Source of the DNA: Octopus sinensis
Lineage: Eukaryota
NCBI RefSeq assembly: GCF_006345805.1
Contig: NC_043025.1
Coordinates: 6,324,001-6,388,000, forward strand
DNA: 64,000 nucleotides
Reading direction: 5' to 3'
Position 1 is the first letter of the stretch; each line of letters begins with the position of its first letter. The notes beneath the pieces were generated by a model. It worked only from the letters and a program-made list of their open reading frames with translations. It made no database searches and was not told where the DNA came from. This document shows positions 1 to 11,000 of the stretch, piece by piece. Both the position numbers and the translations under genes were made by a program.

Positions 1-641
1 TTCAAATGTTGCAGCTGCATTGTGCTAAATGCAAATCCAGTGCATTTCAGTTTCTTACAAAAGGTTGCACCTGGCATTGTATCAAGTCTGCAGATGCATT
101 TGTTAATTTCAGCTGTTGCAGCTGTACATGTGCAGAATTGTATTTAAAAACTGTGGCAATTGACAGGCTGCACAATAAAAGTGCAACAAAACAGCTGCAG
201 TTGATGCAGTCATTTCTCAACCTGAATCAGTTGACATTTGTGCAGTTTACAGTGGGATCATGACGGGCAGAAGGATTGGGTGAATAATAGTGTGTTTAGT
301 GCAGAGTTGGTGTGTGGTGGCGAGACAAGTGGATGGGTGGCTGCATCAATATAAAGATGAGCAGGGAGAGGAGGAAGGGGCCGACAGTGTTTGGACTAGA
401 ATGATATGGTTTGCATGGAGCAGAGTTTGTGGGGAGTGGCACAGTGGTTGGGGAGGGAATGTGTAACGAAAGGAGGATAGAGGCAGAGGGGGAAAAATTT
501 TGGCACATTTTCTACATAGTGACCAATAATATATATACATATAAGTATATAGATATATATGCATACATGTATGCATTTATTTTTATGTGCATATAAATAT
601 TTGTAGGGTTGTATATATGTGTGTGTATACATGTATTTGTA

Positions 642-688
<47 letters not shown>

Positions 689-1262
689 TATATATGTGTG
701 TGTGTGTGTGTACATGTATTTGTATGCATATATATATATGTGTGTATACATGTATTTGTATGCATATATATATATATGTGTGTGTGTGTGTACATGTATT
801 TGTATGCATATATATATATATATGTGTGTGTGTACATGTACTTGTATTCATATGTATGTATATTTATGTATGTGTAACTGTATACATGTATGTATATATA
901 TATATATGCATCGTATTTTTCTTTTAGTTGTGCTATTAATTAAATAAATAAGGTAATTAAAGCAACTTTTTTTCTCCTCCTCCCACCCATCCCCCCTCAT
1001 GCACACCCCTCCCCCCCTTCTGTAATTTTGCAAACAAAAACATTAACATTTCTTTTTTCCTTTCTTCCCTTCCATCTGACCATCACTATTGCTATAATTG
1101 ACTATCATCATCATCATCACCATGACCATCAACCAAACCATTATAGTCAGCAAAAGTGCTACTACTATAACCTTAACCATCACCATGACCATCACCACCA
1201 ACATCATTGTTGTATATTTGTTTGCTTATAGTTTTTTTCCCTTATTGTTTTTGTATGTAGCA

Positions 1263-1293
<31 letters not shown>

Positions 1294-1610
1294 TTTACAA
1301 AAGTTTTGTTTGTTTAAGCAAACATCATCATCATCATCATCGTCAACAATTACAGCAGCAGCAATCAGGTAATCTGCCACCCTTTTCGCCCACCTCTTCA
1401 CGTCAGTTAATCTTTTTCATTTTTAAAGAAAGTGTACCGGTATGTATGACATAGTGTCCCAAGCTGCAGCAACAGTCAGCCAGTCCTGAAACACGCAATA
1501 TCACAAGAGTCATACTAACTTTGTTTACATTCATTTCGAAGAAAGTGGAGAATTCCCATGAAAGGGAGAAAAATCATCATCATCATCATCATTATTATTA
1601 TTATTATTAA

Positions 1611-2270
1611 GGCAGCAAGCTGGTAGAATCGTTAGCATGCCCAGCAAAATGCTTAGCAGTATTTCATCTCTTTTTGTTCTGGGTTCAAGTTCTGCCAAAG
1701 TCGACTTTGCTTTCCATCCTTTCGAGGTTCATAAATTGAGTACCAGTGATACACTGGGGTTGGGGGGGGGGGTGTCAATGTAATCAATCTGTCCACTCCC
1801 CCCAAAATGTCAGTCCTTGTGCTTATAGTGGAAGGGATGATTATTAGGGTGGTGAGCTGGTAGAATCGTTAGCATGCCCGACAGCGAAATGCTTAATTGT
1901 ATTTCATCTGTCTTTTTGTTCTGGGTTCAAGTTCTGCCAAGGTCGACTTTGCCTTTCATCCTTTTGTGGGGTCGATAAATTAAGTAGGTTGATGTAATCG
2001 ACTCCTCCACTCTTCCTCAAATTTCAGGCCTTGTACTTCCAGTAGAAAGGATGATTATTATTATTATTATTATTATGGTACATTGGTAGAATCGTTAGTG
2101 TATCGGACAAAATGCTTACAAGTATTTCTTCCAGTTCTCTATGTCCTAAGTTCAAATCCTGCCGAGGTCAGCATTGCCATTCATCCGTCTGGGGTGGATG
2201 AAATAAAGTACCAGTCAAGAATTATGGTTCGTGGGATCAAGTTGCTCCCTTTCCTCAAATTGCGACCTTT
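1611..2270 (+). mobile_element. Cluster of three tandem/truncated copies of SINE family A (tRNA-like head)
   Basis: A repeated head (ggcagcaagctggtagaatcgttagcatgccc...gggttcaagttctgcc...gtcgactttgcctttcatcc) starts at ~1611, ~1848 and ~2075. Each copy follows or ends in (att)n. Confidence 0.7.
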
Positions 2271-2930
2271 TTTTTTTTTTTGCCAAAATTATCATCATTA
2301 TTATTATTATTATTATTAATGTGGCAAGTTGGTAGAATAATCGTTATGTTGGACAAAATACTTAACGACATTTCTTGCAGCTCTTTATGACCCGACTTCA
2401 AATTTTGATGAGGTCACCCCTGTCTTTCGTCCTTTAGGAGTTGGATTAAATAAATAGCAGTTGAGTTCTTGGGTTGATGCAATCAACTCCATGCCCTCCC
2501 CAAAAATTAGAGTGCTTGTTATTATCGTTAGATAATGAAGATCAGAGCCATTAGTGCCTTGTAATTGTTTTGGCTGTTTAACATTCCAAGTTCAAATCCA
2601 GTCAAGATTAACTTTGTTTTTTTTTTGTCTTGGTGTTGTGGGGTACAGTTGATAAAACTGCCAATGAAGGGCAATCAAGGGTGCAGTCGATAAAACAGGG
2701 TGCCAACCAAGTACAGGGATTAATGGTATCGATTTGTTCCCCTTACCACAAATTTGCTGGCTTTGTGCCTAAATCAGAAACCAATTTTATATTCCTGTGT
2801 CTGGAGAATTACTGAAATGCAAGTGAGAAAGCAGTGAAGGGTCGACCTGCTGTGACTGTTTGGTTGGTTTGGGGTTGTTTTTTTTCTCATCTTTTTTTTT
2901 TTAGAATTTTATTTTTGTATCACCTTTACA

Positions 2931-3640
2931 TTGTTTTGAATTAATCATGCATTATCTCATAGCTTTGAGATTTCAATGATGAGATTGTGTCTTTTTAGAA
3001 TGACATTGTAGGATAAGTGTGAGAGGCAGGATCTGGCCTTGTTTTGAATTAATCAAATATTATCTCATAGCTTTGTGATTTCTATGATGAGATTGTTTAT
3101 TTTAAGAATGACATTGTAGGGTAGGTGTGAGAGGCTGGATCTGGCCTTGTTTTGAATTAATCATGCATTATCTCATAGCTTTGTGATTTCAATGATGTGA
3201 TTGTTTATTTTTAGAATGACATTGTAGGGTAGGTGTGAGAGGCTGGATCTGGCCTTGTTTTGAATTAATCAGGCATTAGCTCAAAGCTTTGAGATTTCTA
3301 TGATGGGATTGTTTATTTTTAGAATGACATTGTAGGGTGGGTGTGAGAGGCTGGATCTGGCCTTGTTTTGAATTAATCATGCATTATCTCATAGCTTTGA
3401 GATTTCAAAGATGTGATTGTTTATTTTTAGAATGACATTGTAGGGTAGGTGTGAGAAGAGAGATCTGGCCTTGTTTTGAATGAATCATGCATTATCTCAT
3501 AGCTTTGAGGTTTCAATGATGTGATTGTTTATTTTTAGAATGACCTTGTAGGGTAGGTGTGAGAGGCTGGATCTGGCCAGTTTGAACATAAAACAAAATA
3601 CCAAAGCCAAATGTGGCCAGTCTAAATGCTAAAGATTTCA
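2931..3640 (+). repeat. Six tandem copies of a 108-bp internal segment of the piggyBac-like MITE, followed by its degenerate 3' end
   Basis: ttgttttgaa recurs at 2931, 3039, 3147, 3255, 3363 and 3471. The unit matches the interior of the MITE at 16969-17187. Confidence 0.9.
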
Positions 3641-3852
3641 ACCTTTAACATTCAGAATCCTCTGTCAAACGTAATACTTAATTATTCACAGTTTTAAATT
3701 AATCAGGCATTAATCTCAGAGCTTTGAGATTTCAATGATGTGATTGTGTATTTTTAAAACGACATTGTAGGGTAGGTGCAAGAGGCCGGATCTGGCCATT
3801 CTGAACATAAAACAGGTAGAATTTTTTGGGGGCTGGTTTAAACAGTAAAGGG
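3641..3852 (+). mobile_element. piggyBac-like MITE copy (degenerate left end)
   Basis: It is colinear with 16969-17187 and ends in gtaaaggg followed by ttaa (3853-3856). Confidence 0.75.
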
Positions 3853-4890
3853 TTAAATATTCAAAGGGAAAAATTGAAGAATTAGTCAAAGTGGCTGTGT
3901 GTGCATACGAGACCTAATTCATCCTCCATAGACGTTTTTTAAGGATATATATATGTATATATATTATAAAGTTTTATATATATTCTTCATCATTTTTTAA
4001 TGTCCATCTTCCACATTGGCAAGGATTGAATGGATTTCATAGGATCCAACACTGCTAGAATTGCAGAGTGCTCCACCATTTATTGGTTTATATATATTTC
4101 TTCCCATATTTCTGTTTTCTATTTGTTTGGTACTTTTCTTCTTTGTTTCATTGCCTTTTTTTTTTTAAACTTTTTTAAAAATATTTTTCACTCAAATTAA
4201 ATTCACGCTTTTTTTTTTTTTTATTTTCCAAAAATATTTCCAGTTTTTAAAAAATTTTTTAGGGGGTAGCATTCTTTCCCTGGCCCCCATTTCTCAGTTG
4301 ACTGTGCAGCAAAATAAACAAACAATTATTATTACTATTATTATTATTATTATTATTAGTTTCGAATCCTCATCAGTAGCAGCAGAAACTCGTTAATTAA
4401 TTATCTTAATTTTCATTTGTGTATGTATATATATATTTCTCATCACACCTCCCAATATTTCGTTTGTTTCATTCTTCTTGTTGTTGCTGTCGTCAGCATC
4501 ATCATCATCGTGTATGGTGGGTGGTGGTATATATGTGAGTGCAGGAGGGAGGTGGGGGGGAAAGTGATTCCTTCCATACCCACCCCCAGTCAGTCTACAC
4601 ATATACATACAATTTTTACACCACCACCACCATCATCATCATCTTAGCTGAGTATCAGGTGCAGTGGTGGTTGTGGTGTTGTTACGTGATGGTGGTGGCG
4701 GCGGTGGTGCTGTGAGTAGTGGGAGGAGAGATAATGACAGCAGTGGTAGTGGGTGGTGGTGTGAATGCATGTGGTGGTTGTTGTCATCGTCAGGGGTAGT
4801 AGTGGGGGTACTAGTGTATGGGTGGGAATAGCAGTGTCGGTGGTAGTGAATGATAGTAGGAGTGTGTGATATATATGTACACACGCACAC

Positions 4891-5272
4891 ATTCTTTTAC
4901 TTGTTTCAGTCATTTGAATGCGGCCATGCCGGAGCACCACCTTGAAGGGTTTTAGTCGAGGAAAATCAAAACCCCCAGGGCTTATTTTTTAAGCCTGGTA
5001 CTTATTCTCCTTTGCTGAATGACTAAGTTACGGGGACATAAACACACAAACACCAGTTTTAAAATGGTGGTGACGCAGACAAACACAGACACACACACAC
5101 ACACACACATACACAACAGGCTTCTTTCAGTTTCCACCTACAAAATCCACTCTGAAGGCTTTGGTCAGCTCAAAGCTAGAGTAGAAGACACTTGCCCAAA
5201 GTGTCATATGGTGGGACTGAACCCAGAACCATGTGGTTGGAAAAGAAGCTCCTTACCACACAGCCACGCCTG
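4891..5272 (-). mobile_element. SINE family B copy
   Basis: It is the reverse complement of the family B consensus seen at 22633 and 27182. Confidence 0.75.
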
Positions 5273-5349
5273 AGGCTATATGTATATATATTCTTTTAGA
5301 TGTTTCAGTCCAATAACTGTGGCCATGCTGGAGCACCACCATATGTATG

Positions 5350-5395
<46 letters not shown>

Positions 5396-5398
<3 letters not shown>

Positions 5399-5624
5399 CT
5401 TTACTACCCACAAAGGGCTAAACACAGAGGGGACAAACAAGGACAGACAAAGGGATTAAGTTGATTCCATCGACCCCAGTGCGTAACTGGTACTTAATTT
5501 ATCGACCCCGAAAGGATGAAAGGCAAAGTCGACCTCGGCGGAATTTGAACTCAGAACGTAACGACAGACGAAATACGGCTTCGCATTTCGCCCGGCGTGC
5601 TACCGTTTCTGCCAGCTCGCCGCC
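5396..5624 (-). mobile_element. SINE family A, full-length copy just 3' of the K2P stop codon
   Basis: It is the reverse complement of ggcggcgagctggcagaaacg...gttcaaattccgccgaggtcgac...tttagccctttgtgggtagtaaaag. Confidence 0.8.
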
Positions 5625-5830
5625 TTCCTATATATATATATATATATATATATGTGTATATATGTATATATATATATATGTTTATTTATGTATATGTGTG
5701 GGGTTGAGAGTAAAAAGAGTGTGTAATTAAAAAAACCAAACAAAAAAATAGATAAGAATAGCCACCTCCAACAGGTTCCCACCACCTCCGTGCCACCATC
5801 ACTGCCACTTACACACTGCTCCACCTCTGT

Positions 5831-6242
5831 TCAGTTCATGCTGGTGTCATCTTTATCGATGATACCAAATTTTCGTCCCAACCAACGGCACTTGGCCTTC
5901 ACGTCCTCCTGCACCAGATTGAAGCACATAGCGATCAGCGACAGACCGATGACCAGGTAGAGGGCGCACAGCACGAGTTTCTCCTGCTGGGACCAGGACT
6001 TGATGTCGGTCCCTGGCACGATGTCGCCGAAGCCGATCGTGCTTAGCGTGATGAAACAGAAGTACGATCCGGTCAGGTAGTCCCATTTCTCCCACAGCGA
6101 GAACAGGAGGGCCCCCGCGAAGATGTAGGCCGCGATCAGGAGGATGCAGAGAGAGGTCGGCACCTGTACCACCTCGTTGCTCTTCTCCACTTTGCGTTCC
6201 ATTATCTCACAGTTGCAGAATTCTGGGTCGTGCATGTGTCTT
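5831..6242 (-). CDS. K2P (two-pore-domain) potassium channel, terminal coding exon: end of M2-M3 loop, M3, P2 pore, M4, C-terminus, stop
   Basis: The ORF contains VPTSLCILLIAAYIFAGALLF (M3), W-D-Y-L-T-G-S-Y-F-C-F-I-T-L-S-T-I-G-F-G-D-I-V-P (P2 with the TIGFGD filter) and LCALYLVIGLSLIAMCFNLVQE (M4). A polypyrimidine tract plus AG acceptor (minus strand ttcctttctctcgtttcag) ends at 6243, giving a phase-2 entry. Confidence 0.93.
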
Positions 6243-6609
6243 CTGAAACGAGAGAAAGGAAGAATATCAATGCAGCACACTGGGTAATAAAGAAATAAGA
6301 TTAGTGGGGGGGGGGGGATAACGACAGCAGTGGTAGACTATGGGTCAGGGGTGGTAGTGGGGATACTATAGGGGTCGGAATAGTGGCACTCCATTGGTTA
6401 CGACGACGAGGGTTCCAGTCAATCTGATCAATGGGACAGCTTGCTTGTGAAAAGTCCAAGAGAAAAAAGATGGAGGGGAAAAAAATCACCAACGATTCAC
6501 ATGGGGTTACATTGTATGCATATATATATGCATACAAACATACACACACACCTACATATATATGCATGCATATATGGGTACAGGACAACAACAAAAAAAA
6601 TGTTGAACA

Positions 6610-6790
6610 CAATGAGAAACGAAAACATAGAAATAACCTCTTTTTCAAATAATGAAAAAAACAAACAGAGAAACGAGACATGCAACATAAAGAATATTTC
6701 CCTTCTTCAGTTGTCCCTGTTTCATCTACTCCACGTTTCGAAGGCAAGGACAAGACGCGACTTTGTTGACACAGTCCTTCCCGCAAAGTA
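6610..6790. repeat. Dispersed repeat (family D), second copy at 17737-17905
   Basis: Both places share aatgagaaacgaaaacatagaaa...cttcttcagttgtccctgtttcatctactcc...gaaggcaaggacaa. Confidence 0.75.
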
Positions 6791-7005
6791 AACTAAATAA
6801 AATTTGGGATTATTTTGCGGAGGGTGAAAGTGGTAGCAAAAACAGGGACAGGGAGAACAAAACAGTGAAAAGAAACGGTAAGGGCTGTTAAGACAATATG
6901 ATAGAAAAATTATTATGAACATATAAATCGAAATCGGAATTGAAATTGAACCAAGCCTATGACTGGCACCCAGTAGATGCCAGGACCCCTGGACTGGAGA
7001 TACGT

Positions 7006-7740
7006 AAAAAGCACTATCCAAATCGTGGCCGATGCCAGCGCCACCTCGACGGGCTTCCGTGCAGGTGGCACGTAAAAAGCACCATCCGAATCGTGGCCGA
7101 AGCCAGTGCCGCCTCGACTGGCTTCTGTGTCGGTGGCACATAAAAAGCACCATCCGAATCGTGGCCGAAGCCAGGGCCGCCTCGACTGGCTTCCGTGCAG
7201 GTGGCACATAAAAAGCACCATCCGAATCGTGGCCGAAGCCAGTGCCGCCTCGACTGGCTTCTGTGTCGGTGGCACGTAAAAAGCACCATCCGAATCGTGG
7301 CCGAAGCCAGTGCCGCCTCGACTGGCTTCCGTGCAGGTGGCACATAAAAAGCACCATCCGAATCGTGGCCGAAGCCAGTGCCGCCTCGACTGGCTTCTGT
7401 GTCGGTGGCACGTAAAAAGCACCATCCGAATCGTGGCCGAAGCCAGTGCCGCCTCGACTGGCTTCCGTGCGGGTGGCACATAAAAAGCACCATCCGAATC
7501 GTGGCGGAAGCCAGTGCCGCCTCGACTGGCTTCCGTGTCGGTGGTACGTAAAAAGCACCATCCGAATCGTGGCTAAAGCCAGTGCCGCCTCGACTGGCTT
7601 CCGTGTCGGTGGCACGTAAAAAACACCATCCGAATCGTGGCCAAAGCCAGTTCCGCCTCGACTGGCTTCCGTGCAGGTGGCACGTAAAATGCACCAATCC
7701 GACCTTAGCCGAAGCCAGCCTCGGCTGGCACCTGTGCTGG
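7006..7740 (+). repeat. Tandem array of ~11 x 68-bp GC-rich units, each with a 9-bp perfect hairpin
   Basis: aaaaagcaccatcc recurs every 68 bp (7074, 7142, 7210, 7278 and onward). Each unit contains GAAGCCAGT-N9-ACTGGCTTC. Confidence 0.92.
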
Positions 7741-7917
7741 TGGCACGTAAAAAGCACCCACTACACTCACGGAGTGGTTGGCGTTAGGAAGGGCATCCAC
7801 CTGTAGAAACATTGCCAGATAAGACCGGAGCCTGGTGCAGCCTTCTGGCTTCCCAGACCCCAGTTGAACCGTCCAACCCATGCTAGCATGGAGAACAGAC
7901 GTTAAACGATGATGATA
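7740..7917 (+). mobile_element. Short retroposon ending in (gat)n (RTE-tail-like SINE family); other copies at ~17955-18125 and ~30505-30692
   Basis: All three sites share ggtggcacgtaaaaagcacccactacactc.ggagtggttggcgttaggaagggcatcca.ctgtagaaac...gacgttaaacgatgatgat. Confidence 0.7.
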
Positions 7918-8058
7918 TACAGTAGCAAAGTCAATATAAAAATGTATGGTGAACTTGCTGGGAGGAGCGGAAAATCCAACATTTCAGACAGTGTCCTCCT
8001 GCAGGGAAAAATTCTAAGGAGAGAAATTAACAAGACAATAGAATTTTACATCCTTTAA

Positions 8059-11000
8059 CCCTTTAGTGTTCACATTATTCTACCAAAATTAATCCCTTTT
8101 TATCCTCATTGCCTTGAACTATCCTGCATTATCTTGTAGCTATGAGATTTTGATGAGGTAGCTGTTAATTTTTAAAACGATATTGTAGGGCTAGTGTGAG
8201 AGACCAGATCTAGCCAGTTTGGACATAAAACAAGCAAAATACTTTTGGCCAGATATGGCCAGTTTGATCATAAAACAGGCAGAATACTTTTGGCCAGATC
8301 CAGCCAGTTTGAACATAAAACAGGCAGAATACTTTTGGCCAGATATGGCCAGTTTGATCATAAAACAGGCAGAATACTTTTGGCCAGATCCAGCCAGTTT
8401 GAACATAAAACAGGCAGAATACTTTTGGCCAGATATGGCCAGTTTGATCATAAAACAGGCAGAATACTTTTGGCCAGATATGGCCAGTTTGATCATAAAA
8501 CAGGCAGAATACTTTTGTCCGGATATGGCCAGTTTGATCATAAAACAGGCAGAATACTTTTGGCCAGTTTGATCATAAAACAGGCAGAATACTTTTGGCC
8601 AGATCCGGCCAGTTTGATCATAAAACAGGCAGAATACTTTTGGCCGGATCCGGCCAGTTTGATCATAAAACAGGCAGAATACTTTTGGCCGGATCCGGCC
8701 AGTTTGATCATAAAACAGGCAGAATACTATTGGCCAGTTTGATCATAAAACTTCAGAATACTTTTGGCCAGATCCGGCCAGTTTGATCATAAAACAGGCA
8801 GAATACTTTTGGCCAGATCCGGCCAGTTTGAACATAGAACAGGCAGAATATTTTCGGCCGGATATGGCCAGTTTGATCATAAAACAGGCAGAAAACTTTT
8901 GGCCGGATCCGGCCAGTTTGATCATAAAACAGGCAGAATACTTTTGGCCGGATATGGCCAGTTTGATCATAAAACAGGCAGAATACTTTTGGCCGGATAT
9001 GGCCAGTTTGATCATAAAACAGGCAGAATACTTTTGGCCGGATATGGCCAGTTTGATCATAAAACAGGCAGAATACTTTTGGCCGGATATGGCCAGTTTG
9101 ATCATAAAACAGGCAGAATACTTTTGGCCGGATATGGCCAGTTTGATCATAAAACAGGCAGAATACTTTTGGCCGGATATGGCCAGTTTGATCATAAAAC
9201 AGGCAGAATACTTTTGGCCAGATCCGGCCAGTTTGATCATAAAACAGGCAGAATACTTTTGGCCAGTTTGATCATAAAACAGGCATAATACTTTTGGCCG
9301 GGTATGGCCAGTTTGATCATAAAACAGGCAGAATACTTTTGGCCAGATCCAGCCAGTTTGATCATAAAACAGGCAGAATACTTTTGGCCAGTTTGATCAT
9401 AAAACAGGCAGAATACTTTTGGCCGGGTATGGCCAGTTTGATCATAAAACAGGCAGAATACTTTTGGCCGGATATGGCCAGTTTGATCATAAAACAGGCA
9501 GAATACTTTTGGCCGGATATGGCCAGTTTGATCATAAAACAGGCAGAATACTTTTGGCCAGATCCGGCCAGTTTGATCATAAAACAGGCAGAATACTTTT
9601 GGCCAGATCCGGCCAGTTTGATCATAAAACAGGCAGAATACTTTTGGCCAGTTTGATCATAAAACAGGCAGAATACTTTTGGCCGGATATGGCCAGTTTG
9701 ATCATAAAACAGGCAGAATACTTTTGTCCGGATATGGCCAGTTTGATCATAAAACAGGCAGAATACTTTTGGCTGGATATGGCCAGTTTGATCATAAAAC
9801 AGGCAGAATACTTTTGGCTGGATATGGCCAGTTTGGACATAAAACAGGCAGAATACTTTTGTCCGGATATGGCCAGTTTGATCATAAAACAGGCAGTGTA
9901 CTTTTGGCCGGATATGGCCAGTTTGATCATAAAGCAGGCAGAATACTTTTGGCCGGATATGGCCAGTTTGATCATAAAACAGGCAGAATACTTTTGTCAG
10001 GATATGGCCAGTTGGGACATAAAACAGGCAGAATACTTTTGGCTGGATATGGCCAGTTTGATCATAAAACAGGCAGAATACTTTTGGCCGGATATGGCCA
10101 GTTTGATCATAAAACAGGCAGAATACTTTTGGCCGGATATGGCCAGTTTGATCATAAAACAGGCAGAATACTTTTGGCCAGATCCGGCCAGTTTGATCAT
10201 AAAACAGGCAGAATACTTTTGGCCAGATCCGGCCAGTTTGATCATAAACAGGCAGAATACTTTTGTCCGGATATGGCCAGTTGATCATAAAACAGGCAGA
10301 ATACTTTTGTCCGGATATGGCCAGTTGATCATAAAACAGGCAGATACTTTTGGCCGGATATGGCCAGTTTGATCATAAAACAGGCAGAATACTTTTGCCT
10401 GGATATGGCCAGTTTGATCATAAAAAAGGCAGAATACTTTTGGCCGGATATGGCCAGTTGATCATAAAACAGGCAGAATACTTTTGGCCAGATCCGGCCA
10501 GTTTGATCATAAAACAGGCAGAATACTTTTGGCCAGATCCGGCCAGTTTGATCATAAAACAGCAGAATACTTTTGGCCAGTTTGATCATAAAACAGGCAG
10601 AATACTTTTGGCTGGATATGGCCAGTTTGGACATAAAACAGGCAGAATACTTTTGCCGGATATGGCCAGTTTGATCATAAAAAAGGCAGAATACTTTTGC
10701 CTGGATATGGCCAGTTTGATCATAAAACAGGCAGAATACTTTTGGCCGGATATGGCCAGTTTTGATCATAAAACAGCAGAATACTTTTGGCAGGATATGG
10801 CCAGTTTGGACATAAAACAGCAGAATACTTTTGTCCAGATATGGCCAGTTTGATCATAAAACAGGCAAATACTTTTGGCCGGATATGGTCAGTTTGATCA
10901 TAAACAGGCAGAATACTTTTGGCTGGATATGGCCAGTTTGATCATAAAACAGGCAGAATACTTTGGCTGGATATGGCCATTTGATCATAAAACAGCAGAA

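Noticed and set aside
4359-4376. Minus-strand CTGATGA-ggattc-GAAAC hammerhead-like core
   Set aside because: Helix II would be 1-2 bp, and no UH triplet or helix I can be formed in register.
6700-6790. Family D repeat with CGAAAC...GTA and CTGAAGA in reversed order (also 17820-17905 and a similar order at ~57645-57680)
   Set aside because: No helix I forms between the triplet and CUGA, and there is no upstream CUGANGA box. At best these are truncated remnants.
6700-6790. Possible extra K2P exon in this intronic non-microsatellite stretch
   Set aside because: The same sequence recurs at ~17.8 kb, so it is a dispersed repeat, and it has no channel-like translation.
7006-7740. CRISPR-like look of palindromic repeats (also the 70-bp array)
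   Set aside because: There are no unique spacers, no cas genes, and the context is eukaryotic.
6722-7757. 188-297 aa repetitive ORFs
   Set aside because: They are translations of the 68-bp tandem repeat, cycling through all three frames.
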